Below are positions 9,448 to 19,288 of a stretch of DNA of 64,000 bases, piece by piece. The notes beneath the pieces were generated by a model, which saw only the letters and a program-made list of their open reading frames with translations, made no database searches and was not told the DNA's origin. Position 1 is the stretch's first letter. Each line of letters opens with the position of its first letter. Source of the DNA: an uncultured bacterium (GTDB lineage: Bacteria > Chloroflexota > UBA5177 > JANWHV01); assembly GCA_963729625.1 (NCBI GenBank), contig CAVSOU010000010.1, forward strand, positions 640,001 to 704,000, in the 5' to 3' direction. A program made the position numbers and the translations under genes.

Positions 9448-11382
9448 ATGTCACACGTGGGCAAGAAGAGCCGATCCAGGAAAGCAGTCGAGTCAGTCGA
9501 ACGCCGTCCAGGCGACAACAGCGGTCTTGCCGGAATCATCGGCGAGCTGATTTCCAATCAGCAGTACGAAGAGGCGTATCGAGCCGCGGCGGTACTGGTC
9601 GAGCAGGATCCGCTAAACCCCGATGCGCACGCAGTGATGGGCCTGCTATTGTCTCGGACCGACCGCATCCTGGACGCACTGCGCCATTACGAGCTGGCAA
9701 TACGTCTCGGCAGAGCGACTGACCCCACGCTCTATGTGGGTGTTGCCACCAGCGCCGTGACCGCGCAGCTGATGTTCCACGCCGTGACAGCCGCGCGTCA
9801 GGGCACCCTTTTCGGAACAACGCAGCAGCATCAGGTCCTGTTTAAAGCGATCATCGACGCCGGGCAGCAGCAGTTGAGACAGTTGATCGGCACCCACGAC
9901 GTGCCGGAGCCTGTCGCGGAACAAGCCATGCTGCTTATCGAGCGCTCGGCGCGCGCCCGGCAGGAGAGCGATTTCGGGCCTGCGCAAGAGCGCGCAGTCG
10001 AGGCGACGCAGCTCGCGCCCCAGCTGCCCGTTACCTGGTATAACCTGGCGCTCGTGCACTGGACCCTTGAAGAAGTGCCCGCCGCGATCGCCGCGTGCGA
10101 AATGGGCTTGAAGACTCTGCACGACGAGAACACCGAGCTTCTTGCCGCTATCGTTCGGCTGCAGGCGTTTTCAGGGCAGGAAGAGGCCGCGCAGGCAACG
10201 CTCCAGCGTCTTGCTGCCACACCGGTGGCGGATACAGCGGGAAGGACCGACATCGCAAAGGGTTATGCCGCGCTTGACGACGACCAACGAGTCTACGACC
10301 TTCTTTCCGGCACTCCGAGCGACGAGGAGCTACCGCTGCAACTCTTCGTTCTTGGCGTGGCCGCGGCGAATCTCGGCAAGCGGGAAGAGGCGCGGTCGGC
10401 CTGGCGCAGCCTCGTTCGCGACAAACACCCGTACGCGAGAGCGTTCAGCGAGATCATGGCTCGAAACGAAAAGCCGCCGACGCCGGGCGCCCGCTTTTCC
10501 TATTTCGTGTCTACCGACCTCATGCCTGGAGTCGCACTGGACAATCTTGTTGACGCGGCACGGAGACAGGCAAATCCTGCCGGTGTAGCCGAGGTCGCCG
10601 CGCGGTACCCCAAGGTCGTGGCCGCCCTGTGTGAGGCGTTCATCATGCGGATTGTGGATCCGCGGATTGTAGTGCAGATACTGCTGCAAGTCCCGGACGC
10701 GGCTACCGTCGACGCAATACGCGGTTACGCGGGAGGCCGTCTTCCAACTGATTATGATCGTCTTTTCGCTCACATTGCTTTGCGAGGCGCCGGGCTTATC
10801 GATGCCTCGGAGCCGGCGTCTGTCTGGTTAGGTGGCAGGCGGCAGCATCTGCACGTACCTGCATTGGCCCTCGGTGCGCCGCCCGCTCGAGCGTATTCGA
10901 GCGAGGTAGGCGCGATGCTGCGCGAGGCGGGAGTGGCGCAGCACGAGAACAACTTGATCAAGGCAATTGAGCTCTATCGCCGCGTTCTGGAGGTCGACCC
11001 TGCGAACGCGGAGGCCGAGCACAACCTCGGTACAGCTTTCATGTTGTCCGGGAGGATCGACGAGGGCGAGGCCCACCTCAAACGGTCGTTGGACAACGAT
11101 GGCAATTACGCTATGGCGCGCTGCAATCTCGCGACGCTCGAGCTGAGTCGCGAGCGGGTCGCTGAGGCCAATAGCTACATGCAGCCGCTCGACGAGCGAA
11201 CACAGATGTCGCTCGAGGAGATTGTCGCCTATCTAAGAACAAAGTCTGACATCGCCCGCGCGGCGGGAGACGCTCCGCGGTCCGAGGAGTTGCTGCACTG
11301 CTTGCTCACCTTCGATCGCGACAACGCCGTTGCCCTCGGGCGACTCGGACAACGCAGCGCGGCGCCGGTTTCAAGCAAGTAG
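9448..11382 (+). CDS. Tetratricopeptide repeat protein
   Basis: Several TPR-like helical pairs (e.g. AIELYRRVLEVDPANAEAEHNLG, WYNLALVHW); start uncertain (9373-9457). Confidence 0.8.
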   Translation: MSHVGKKSRSRKAVESVERRPGDNSGLAGIIGELISNQQYEEAYRAAAVLVEQDPLNPDAHAVMGLLLSRTDRILDALRHYELAIRLGRATDPTLYVGVATSAVTAQLMFHAVTAARQGTLFGTTQQHQVLFKAIIDAGQQQLRQLIGTHDVPEPVAEQAMLLIERSARARQESDFGPAQERAVEATQLAPQLPVTWYNLALVHWTLEEVPAAIAACEMGLKTLHDENTELLAAIVRLQAFSGQEEAAQATLQRLAATPVADTAGRTDIAKGYAALDDDQRVYDLLSGTPSDEELPLQLFVLGVAAANLGKREEARSAWRSLVRDKHPYARAFSEIMARNEKPPTPGARFSYFVSTDLMPGVALDNLVDAARRQANPAGVAEVAARYPKVVAALCEAFIMRIVDPRIVVQILLQVPDAATVDAIRGYAGGRLPTDYDRLFAHIALRGAGLIDASEPASVWLGGRRQHLHVPALALGAPPARAYSSEVGAMLREAGVAQHENNLIKAIELYRRVLEVDPANAEAEHNLGTAFMLSGRIDEGEAHLKRSLDNDGNYAMARCNLATLELSRERVAEANSYMQPLDERTQMSLEEIVAYLRTKSDIARAAGDAPRSEELLHCLLTFDRDNAVALGRLGQRSAAPVSSK

Positions 11383-11656
11383 TCTCGCTCGCCGCCATTG
11401 GCAAAGCGCGCGCCCGATTTCCGGCGTCACGGGCTACTATATCGATTCAGGCACACTGCGCAGCGTTATCAAAGGATTGTACGACGACCGGCCCATTGTT
11501 GTATGCTCAAGCCTGTTCGGACGCTCATCTTGCCCTTGTACGGCTATCCTTCGTAGTGCTACGCTGCCGTGGTCGGGCAAGCTACGTGGCGCAACTCGTA
11601 TCGGCGGCGTTGAGTCGCTTTTGGGCACATCCAGCGCGGTTGAAGGAGGTCGGATC

Positions 11657-12622
11657 GTGCAACAACCGGACCACCAGGGGAGGCGCGATTCCGCGGTTGT
11701 CAACCCTGTGGTTTCTGGGCAGCATGCTCGGACCTGGACAGAAGTGCTCGCGGGTGCGCGCCGTTACATGTTGCTTCGCCCGGTGCTTTTCAGCACGCTC
11801 TTCGCCCTGCTTGTACTACACTGGGTAGCTCCTTCCGCTTTCGATCTTGGAACGCTCATTCTTCTTCTCGGCATCTATCTCGTCGCCGTGGGGTCGGGTG
11901 GCCTCGAGGCTGCCAGACTGTCGGGAAGCGGTGGCGACCGACGCCGACAGGAGCGACTGGCCGAGGACGCGTTGCGCCGCGCGGGCCGCTTGCAGAGTCA
12001 TCTCGACCCGTGTTCGGCTACGGACGACGTGATAAACCGGCTTCTTGCCTCCACAACCGACCCGCGTCGCCTTGTGATCCTGGCCGCGGATGACGTTGAA
12101 GACGCGCTTCGCGCGGTTTACAAGCACTATACGGAAGCCGAGCGGATGGCTGGGACGTCGAACGGCGTGGATCTTCCCATGATCTTCCAGGTTCAGGAGC
12201 TCATATATCGCGGACTGTTGCCGCCGGACGTCTATGAGACGGCTGAGCCGATACTTGCCTTGCGCGAAATAGCTCAGGGCCCGAGAAGTCAGATCACGCA
12301 GCAGGTCGCTCGCGACGTTGCTCGCGTCACGCAGGCGATTATCCTGAGAATTCAATCGATGGGTATCAGAATCCAGCCCGCGCGCGCGCAGCTCATGTGG
12401 CTTCGCCACGACGTCGATGAGGCCGACGACGATCCCATGCGTGACAGCCAACGTGAGCAGGAGTTGCGGGGCGCTGATATGGCCCCGCCGGATGATGCGA
12501 ATCCCGCTAACCCAGCCTACCTGGCAGCGTCCGTAGCGAAAGATAGGACGGGCCAGGACGCGGCGTGGCGCGATCCGCGATCGCGACTGGGTGCGCAGCC
12601 CACGTCGGATTCGCTGCCCTGA
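11657..12622 (+). CDS. Hypothetical 2-TM membrane protein with possible DUF4145/HEPN-like helical domain
   Basis: Perfect SD AAGGAGGT before GTG 11657; two hydrophobic segments; C-terminal helical pattern ILAADDVEDALR...RGLLPP...LALREIAQG. Confidence 0.65.
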   Translation: MQQPDHQGRRDSAVVNPVVSGQHARTWTEVLAGARRYMLLRPVLFSTLFALLVLHWVAPSAFDLGTLILLLGIYLVAVGSGGLEAARLSGSGGDRRRQERLAEDALRRAGRLQSHLDPCSATDDVINRLLASTTDPRRLVILAADDVEDALRAVYKHYTEAERMAGTSNGVDLPMIFQVQELIYRGLLPPDVYETAEPILALREIAQGPRSQITQQVARDVARVTQAIILRIQSMGIRIQPARAQLMWLRHDVDEADDDPMRDSQREQELRGADMAPPDDANPANPAYLAASVAKDRTGQDAAWRDPRSRLGAQPTSDSLP

Positions 12623-12903
12623 TACGGTCCAGCGTGGTGAATGGCGAACCGGAACCGCGTGCGCGGAAGGGCGCTGAGGCGATCAGCTCGGCATTGCCAG
12701 CCAGGAAAGCGCGTGCCGGCTTCAGCCCGATACCAACAAGGCAGCCTGGAGCTTGCCGTATCCGATCACGTCGAGTCACTGTCTCTTGCTCGGACCACCG
12801 CCCCGGGATCGTGTGAATACGCGCCGGACAGCCACTACATACGACCAGATTGTCCGAACCATACAATAATGCTGCACGCTGCAACACGCCGATGGAGGGG
12901 AGC

Positions 12904-15552
12904 ATGACCGTGACCGCGCCAGAGATGGCCAAGCAGTACGACTTTTCCGAAGTCGAGCCGCGCCAGTACGCATTCTGGGAGCGTGGTGGATACTTCAAGC
13001 CGCGCGAAGCCTCCGGCCAGGAGCCCTTTGTGATCAGCATCCCTCCCCCGAATGTAACGGGCGAGTTGCACTTGGGTCACGCGCTCTTTGTCACGATTGA
13101 AGACATCATGATCCGTTATCACCGGATGCGCGGGGATCCAACGCTCTGGGTACCCGGTACCGACCACGCAGGCATCGCCACTCAAAAGGTGGTCGAAGAC
13201 CTGCTAGCTCGGGAGGGAACGAGCAGACACGAGCTCGGGCGCGAGGCGTTTATCGCGCGGGTCTGGCAGTGGAAGGAACAGTACGGAAGCACGATCGTAC
13301 GCCAGTTGCGCATGCTCGGTGCCTCCTGCGACTGGGATCGCGAACGCTTCACACTCGACGCCGGTCTATCGCGCGCGGTGCGCGAAGTGTTCGTTCGTTT
13401 GTGGGACGAGGAGTTGCTCTATCGCGCGGCCCGTATGATCAACTGGTGTCCGCGCTGTGCCAGCGCCGTCTCGGACCTTGAAGTTGAGCACGAGGAGCGA
13501 CCTGGCAAGCTGTACTATATCCGCTATCCGCTTGCCGATGCCGACGGAGGGTCGAGCGCGGATGGCACGATTACGGTCGCGACTACTCGCCCCGAGACGA
13601 TTCTTGGCGATACTGCCGTCGCCGTCCACCCCGACGACAAACGCTATGCACACCTCGTTGGCCGCCATCTTCTCGTGCCGGTGCTGGGTAGAGTGATCCC
13701 GCTCATAACCGACCGCGTAGTTGAGCCAGAGTTCGGCACGGGGGCTGTCAAAGTCACCCCTGCCCACGATCCGACCGACTTCGCTATCGGGCAGCGACAT
13801 AGTCTGCCGCAGATCCAGGTGATCGGGTTTGATGCGAAGATGACCACGGAGGCTGGGCCATACGCAGGACTCGATCGCTTTGCCGCGCGCGAAGCATTGC
13901 TCGCCGACCTTGAGCGGATGGGCCTTGTGGATCACGTCGAAGACCACGCGATCAATCTTGGTCTGTGCCAGAGATGCGATACGGCGATCGAGCCCCTGGT
14001 GAGCACGCAATGGTTCGTGCGCATGAAGCCGCTTGCCGGACCTGCCGCTGCCGCCGTGCGCCTTGGTCAGCTCGCCATAGTTCCTGAACGATTTGCGAAG
14101 GTATATCTGCACTGGATGGACAACATTCAAGACTGGTGCATTTCGCGACAGCTCTGGTGGGGCCATCGCATCCCTGCCTGGTACTGCGCAAGGTGCAGCG
14201 AGATTACGGTGGCGCGCGAGGATCCTAGCGTGTGCGCTCACTGTGGCTCGGCCGACATTGAGCGCGATCCCGACGTGCTGGACACGTGGTTCAGTTCATG
14301 GCTGTGGCCGTTCAGCACCCTGGGCTGGCCGGACGACACCGAGGACCTTCGCGCGTATTACGCGACGAGCGTGCTTGAAACAGGCTATGACATCCTGTTC
14401 TTCTGGGTTGCGCGCATGGTCTTTGCCGGTCAGCATTTCACCGGGGTGCTGCCATTCCATACGGTGTTTCTGCACGGTCTCGTCCGCGACAAACAGGGCC
14501 GCAAGATGAGCAAATCACTTGGCAATGTCATAGATCCGCGCGAGCTCATGGCCCAATACGGTACTGATGCGCTTCGCTTCTCCATTGCCACAGGTGGTAC
14601 ACCGGGTAACGATATCAAACTCGACCCTCAGCGCGTCGAGGACGGTCGAAACTTCGTCACGAAGGTCTGGAACGCCGCGCGTTTCGCCCTCTCCCATGAG
14701 CTCAGCCAGGCGCGTGGCGTGCAGGCGAAGCCCGCTACGCTGGCCGACCGCTGGCTGATCTCGCGCGCGAGTCGGGCAATTGAGGACGTGACACGGCTCA
14801 TCGACACGTACCAGTTCGGCGAAGCTGGGCGCCAGGCCCATGACTTCTTCCGCGGCGAATTCTGTGACTGGTATCTCGAGATCGCCAAGATCCAGTTTCT
14901 CGGAGACGAGCGAGCGAAGCAGGCGACTCGCACGATGCTCCTGGTCGGGCTGGACACAAGCTTGCGGCTTCTCCATCCATATATCCCGTTTGTCACGGAA
15001 GAAATCTGGCGGCAGATGCCCCACGAGGGCCAAGCCCTGATCGTAGCCCAGTGGCCGCGAGCGGGCGTGAGGGATGAGGAGGCTGAGCGGCTGATGGAGA
15101 CGGTCTTCGCTACCGTACACTTCGTCCGCAACGCCCGGGCGCAGCTCGGTCTTGACCCTGCCAGGCGACTGACGCTGGTAGCGGTGTCAGCGAGCCTGGC
15201 GCAGCTATTGCGGGAGCAGGAGCCGATAATTGCATCCCTGGCTCGCGTGGACCTTTCCGTGCATGATTCGGCCACCGAGATCCCCAGCCAGGCGCTGCAT
15301 CTCGCGCTCCCCGGCGCCGACCTGTACCTGCCACTCGAAGGTGTCGTCGACATCGAAGCAGAACTGAGAAAACTCATCGGGGAGATCACGCGCCTTGAGG
15401 ACGCCTGCGCCAGCCTGAGGAAGCGCCTGGCCAGCCCGCAATTCGTCGAACGCGCCCCCTCACAGGTCGTGCAAAAAGAGCGCGACCGCTTGGTGGAAAA
15501 TGAAGCATTGCTCGCCTCGCTGGTTGAGCGGCGGCACGTACTTGGTGGATAA
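12904..15552 (+). CDS. valS: Valine--tRNA ligase
   Basis: PPPNVTGELHLGH (HIGH), GTDHAGIATQ, DWCISRQLWWGH, KMSKS; SD GGAGGG before ATG 12904. Confidence 0.98.
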   Translation: MTVTAPEMAKQYDFSEVEPRQYAFWERGGYFKPREASGQEPFVISIPPPNVTGELHLGHALFVTIEDIMIRYHRMRGDPTLWVPGTDHAGIATQKVVEDLLAREGTSRHELGREAFIARVWQWKEQYGSTIVRQLRMLGASCDWDRERFTLDAGLSRAVREVFVRLWDEELLYRAARMINWCPRCASAVSDLEVEHEERPGKLYYIRYPLADADGGSSADGTITVATTRPETILGDTAVAVHPDDKRYAHLVGRHLLVPVLGRVIPLITDRVVEPEFGTGAVKVTPAHDPTDFAIGQRHSLPQIQVIGFDAKMTTEAGPYAGLDRFAAREALLADLERMGLVDHVEDHAINLGLCQRCDTAIEPLVSTQWFVRMKPLAGPAAAAVRLGQLAIVPERFAKVYLHWMDNIQDWCISRQLWWGHRIPAWYCARCSEITVAREDPSVCAHCGSADIERDPDVLDTWFSSWLWPFSTLGWPDDTEDLRAYYATSVLETGYDILFFWVARMVFAGQHFTGVLPFHTVFLHGLVRDKQGRKMSKSLGNVIDPRELMAQYGTDALRFSIATGGTPGNDIKLDPQRVEDGRNFVTKVWNAARFALSHELSQARGVQAKPATLADRWLISRASRAIEDVTRLIDTYQFGEAGRQAHDFFRGEFCDWYLEIAKIQFLGDERAKQATRTMLLVGLDTSLRLLHPYIPFVTEEIWRQMPHEGQALIVAQWPRAGVRDEEAERLMETVFATVHFVRNARAQLGLDPARRLTLVAVSASLAQLLREQEPIIASLARVDLSVHDSATEIPSQALHLALPGADLYLPLEGVVDIEAELRKLIGEITRLEDACASLRKRLASPQFVERAPSQVVQKERDRLVENEALLASLVERRHVLGG

Positions 15553-15578
15553 TGGGGGTGGGTTCTCCACGGAGAACA

Positions 15579-15607
15579 TTGACCCGCGCATTTTCGTACC
15601 GTACGCT
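15579..15607 (+). promoter_or_regulatory. Putative sigma70-type promoter
   Basis: TTGACC-17bp-TACGCT upstream of the replication-like gene. Confidence 0.5.
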
Positions 15608-15700
15608 CAGCAATGTGCAGATCACGACTAGCCGAGTGAACGCCGACCTGCCTTGGCTTGATGATCCTCAATTGTCCCTACAGGCCGGGACTTGAGCCAG

Positions 15701-17128
15701 ATGAGACGTGAAACGATGAAAGTGAGCCGGCTTCAGCAAAATGCCGCGACGCCACAGCGTTCAAGTCGGACGCTGGCGGTTGCTCCGTTTGAGGGATTCG
15801 ATCGCTCAAACTGTTTGGCCGTCCAGCAGGAGATTATCGATGATCAGCTCGCGGGCTTCACGGAGGGCGAGCTGAAGGTCATGCTCATGGTCACAAGGGC
15901 AACGAACGGCGGCCAGCGCGAGGCAGTGCCGCTCAGCGTACGCGTCCTCTGTGAGGGGGGCGCTCCGGATTCGCTACCCGCGCGCGGCTCCGGACTCTCG
16001 CCACGCACGGTCCAGGCGGCGTGCTCGGCGCTGGAGGCGGCCGGCTTCCTGCGGGTCACTCGAAGGATTGCGCCGGACGGAAGCGGGCTTCCCTCACTCT
16101 TTACGTTGCCTCTCATTGTTCCGGGCATGCGCGACCCAAACGAACCTGCGTCGCCGAAGTTCCCCGGTTACGCTGCTGGGCGACGGGTCCGACTTCCAAT
16201 GCTTCTATTCGACCGCCTGCTGGCGGAGCTGTCCGGCGCCGAGCTCAAGGTCTTGCTCTACGTACTTCGACACACGTTTTGTGTGGGCGCGGCAGATGAA
16301 GTAATGCCGATGGCACGCCTGGTCGAAAACACTGGTCTCAGCCTGCGCCACACGCGGCTCGCGGTGTCTGCACTGACTACGCGCGGCGCGATTATGGTGC
16401 AACATCGCCAGGATCCAGACCACGGCAAGCTGGCCTCGCGCTTCGGCGTTAAGGTCATTGGCGAAGCCGCACCGTTCACCAGCGTGCCCTCTCCGGTGGC
16501 CGCCGCTCGCAGCGCGCGCGCGGACGAGCCAACTGCCGAGCAGACCCGCCCAGTCTGGCTTGTGCCCTCGATCGAGCCCCAGCCGGCTCGCCCGCCGGCG
16601 CTTGAGCCAGACTGTCCCGCGCCGGCCAAACCGGCAGCGCAAATCGTCGAGCCCGTGCCGCCGTTACAAGTCCTCGCAGCCGCGGCGGCACCACTGGATA
16701 AGCCTGTGCAAACGGAGCGCCCGACCCCCGTCGCAGCTGCGCGTTCGACAATGCCTCCAGGTTCTCCGACACCCATATTGGTCGCGGGCCAGTCTCCGAG
16801 AAGCAGTGTTCCGCCGGCTGTCCGCTCGGTTCCCGCGGCAATGACTCGTGACAACAGCCCCGTCTGGGCTGCCGTCAAACAGCTGCTGGCCGAACGGCTG
16901 CCCTACCCCGTGTTCGTCGAGCGAATCGCGCCAACTGCGAGCGTGGGCGACCAGGGACCGGAACTGCTTGTCGCCGTTCAGAATGAGCACCATCGCTGGT
17001 GGCTCGAATCCAAGCTCGGGATGCATATTCACCAGGCGATGGTCGACACGGGGCACGGAGACGTGAGCCTGCGCTACCTTAACTTCGTCGGGTCGTCCCC
17101 GAGCGAGACCACAGAGGGCCGGCACTAG
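15701..17128 (+). CDS. Protein with tandem replication-initiator-like winged-HTH domains, Pro/Ala linker and C-terminal DnaA N-terminal-like domain
   Basis: Two related units (FTEGELKVMLMVTRAT...GLSPRTVQAACSALEAAGFL and LSGAELKVLLYVLRHT...GLSLRHTRLAVSALTTRGAI); C-terminus VWAAVKQLL...ELLVAVQNEHHRWWLESKL; start 15692-15716 uncertain. Confidence 0.7.
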   Translation: MRRETMKVSRLQQNAATPQRSSRTLAVAPFEGFDRSNCLAVQQEIIDDQLAGFTEGELKVMLMVTRATNGGQREAVPLSVRVLCEGGAPDSLPARGSGLSPRTVQAACSALEAAGFLRVTRRIAPDGSGLPSLFTLPLIVPGMRDPNEPASPKFPGYAAGRRVRLPMLLFDRLLAELSGAELKVLLYVLRHTFCVGAADEVMPMARLVENTGLSLRHTRLAVSALTTRGAIMVQHRQDPDHGKLASRFGVKVIGEAAPFTSVPSPVAAARSARADEPTAEQTRPVWLVPSIEPQPARPPALEPDCPAPAKPAAQIVEPVPPLQVLAAAAAPLDKPVQTERPTPVAAARSTMPPGSPTPILVAGQSPRSSVPPAVRSVPAAMTRDNSPVWAAVKQLLAERLPYPVFVERIAPTASVGDQGPELLVAVQNEHHRWWLESKLGMHIHQAMVDTGHGDVSLRYLNFVGSSPSETTEGRH

Positions 17129-17194
17129 CGGGAAGACTCGGCCTTACTTCTGGACATCTGTCGGAGCAGAGCAGGACCGTTTGCCGCAGCCACG

Positions 17195-17320
17195 TAGGGC
17201 TACCTTGCGGTAGCCCTTGCCGAGCGGGGGGCAGACAAGACCCCGGAAGAACGGACCGCGTTGGAGGATGGGGGTGCGGCCCGCTCTTCCTGAGGTCATC
17301 CGTGGGGGGATGCCTACGCT
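17195..17320 (-). ncRNA. Candidate sRNA with C-rich loops
   Basis: On the minus strand, three hairpins with C-rich loops (one containing CCUCC) and a 9-bp stem with a GCAA tetraloop; G-U pairs favour the minus strand. Confidence 0.5.
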
Positions 17321-17350
17321 CCTACTGTACTGCTGTGCGAGCCCCATATG

Positions 17351-17378
17351 GTTAAGCCGTCGTTAAGCGTTCGTTAAG
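17351..17378. promoter_or_regulatory. Three direct repeats GTTAAG (CTTAAC) with 11-bp period, probable protein-binding site
   Basis: GTTAAG at 17351, 17362 and 17373. Confidence 0.6.
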
Positions 17379-17629
17379 ATGCTGCTACACAGGCGTCCTT
17401 GGTTCCCAAGTGCGTGTGCTCGGGGCTCGGTGCCGGGCTCTGCCGAGTCTTGGGAGTAGCCCATCGAGCCGGTACAATACAGGACGCGACACGGCCGCGG
17501 CGCGCTGCATGACGAACACTGGGCACAGACGTGTTGTGACCCTGGTGAAAACCTCTATCGCGAAGTTGCGGCCGACGGTCGGATTTCCGCACTGGCGTCC
17601 CAGTGTGCACGCAAGCTTGACGGAGGCGA

Positions 17630-19189
17630 ATGGAAGTACCGGCCGAGGCGACGGCGGCATCGCCAAACGCACACCATAGTATCCTGCGGGCCGCCTCGAT
17701 CATCATGCTCGGCAATGTCCTGAGCCGTCTTGTCGGATACGCGCGGGACATCTCAATCGCGACAATTTTCGGCGACACTCCTACCGTATCCGGTTATCTT
17801 ACTGCCCTCAAGGTGCAGACTTCGGTCTATGACCTGCTGATCAGCGGCGTGATCAGCGCGGCTTTCATCCCCGTGTTCTCCGAGCTGCGTGATCGCCGCG
17901 AGGAGTTTGGCCGGGTTGCAAGCAGTGTGCTCACAGCCGCCATAGTGGTAATGCTCTTGGCCGCGCTGCTGATAGAGGTGCTCGCTGTGCCGTTGGTAGC
18001 CATGCTGGCGAGCGGCCATGCAGACGTCAATCGCGCGGCGGTGTCGGCTTTGAGGTTGATGGCTCCCGCGATCATCTTCCTTGGCATTTCCGGCGTGCTC
18101 ACAGCCCTGTTGTATGCCAAACAGCGCTTCGTCTACCCCGCCTTTACTCCCGTTGTGTTCAATGTCGGTATCGTTGCGGCCGCGATCGCGCTCCACGAGC
18201 CCATGGCGATTAACGCGCTGGTAGTCGGCGTTCTCATGGGATCTGCCGGCCAGGTGGTGCTCCAGATGAATGGGCTGCGCGGAGTCAGCCTGAGGCTGCT
18301 CTTTGAGCCCTCACATCCAAAGGTTCGCAAGATTGGGCGACTCTATGTGCCCGTCGCGCTTGGCCTGATCATCACCGAGGCCCAGGTATTCCTGGACCTG
18401 CACCTGCAGAACTCCACCGGCGCCAACAGTGTCAACTACCTCTACTACGGCGTCCGAGTCTACCAGCTGCCCCTTGGATTTGTGGCTACTGCCATGAGCC
18501 TCGCCTCGCTACCAACCCTGTCATTGCTCAAGGGTCGCGAATTCATGGAGACGCTTACGCGCGGGCTGAAGATCACAGCGCTGCTCATCATGCCCGCGGT
18601 TGTCATCTTCGCAGTCCTCGGCACGCCCGTGATCGCTGTATCCTTTCGCCACGGGAATTTCAGCCCTGAAGGCGTGGCGGCTACCGTCGCCGGACTGGAC
18701 TTCTACACACCTGGGCTCTTCTTCGCGGCGGTCGATCAGCTGCTGGTATTCGCATTCTATGCCCGCAACGATACGAAGACACCCGTCATCGTGGGCGTGA
18801 TTTCAATAGCCGGCTACGGGCTGGCCGCCTTCCTTGGTCTAGACGTGTTCAATCTCAGTTTCAAGGGCCTGGCGCTGGCCGACTCCGTCAAACAATTCAC
18901 CCATGCCACGATCCTGTTTGTCTTGTTGTGGCGTATGCACGGGAGCCTGGCAGGTTTTGGTATGGCGCGTCTTTGCATAAAGGTGGCTGTCGCGTCAGTG
19001 CTGAGCGCGGCAGTTGCCGTTTTGGAGCTCCACGTCGGAGCAGGCATCACCCATGGGCTGAAGCTGGTCGCATATGTCGCCGGTTCGTGTTTGATAGTCT
19101 TGATGGTGTACTTTGCGGCGTTGCTGGCACTCAGGGCCGAAGAGATGAATCTGCTTGTTGGCCGGGTTCTCGCCAAACTACGCACGTAG
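17630..19189 (+). CDS. murJ: Lipid II flippase MurJ (MviN)
   Basis: SRLVGYARD, AAFIPVF, RVYQLPLG, FYARNDTKTPV; about 14 TM segments. Confidence 0.95.
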   Translation: MEVPAEATAASPNAHHSILRAASIIMLGNVLSRLVGYARDISIATIFGDTPTVSGYLTALKVQTSVYDLLISGVISAAFIPVFSELRDRREEFGRVASSVLTAAIVVMLLAALLIEVLAVPLVAMLASGHADVNRAAVSALRLMAPAIIFLGISGVLTALLYAKQRFVYPAFTPVVFNVGIVAAAIALHEPMAINALVVGVLMGSAGQVVLQMNGLRGVSLRLLFEPSHPKVRKIGRLYVPVALGLIITEAQVFLDLHLQNSTGANSVNYLYYGVRVYQLPLGFVATAMSLASLPTLSLLKGREFMETLTRGLKITALLIMPAVVIFAVLGTPVIAVSFRHGNFSPEGVAATVAGLDFYTPGLFFAAVDQLLVFAFYARNDTKTPVIVGVISIAGYGLAAFLGLDVFNLSFKGLALADSVKQFTHATILFVLLWRMHGSLAGFGMARLCIKVAVASVLSAAVAVLELHVGAGITHGLKLVAYVAGSCLIVLMVYFAALLALRAEEMNLLVGRVLAKLRT

Positions 19190-19288
19190 GCGATGATCTT
19201 CATGACGCGCGAAGGTAGCGAGGCCAGGACCGTCTAGTAGGGCCACTCTGCGTATCCGCGGCACTGTGTCGCCAAGGGAGGACGACTC

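Noticed and set aside
12623-12903. T-box riboswitch upstream of valS
   Set aside because: No intact GGTGGNACCGCG T-box or terminator; only a partial GGAACCGCG
17144-17347. 67-aa minus-strand ORF over the candidate sRNA
   Set aside because: No SD, the ATG abuts the repeat boxes, and the sequence is better explained by RNA hairpins
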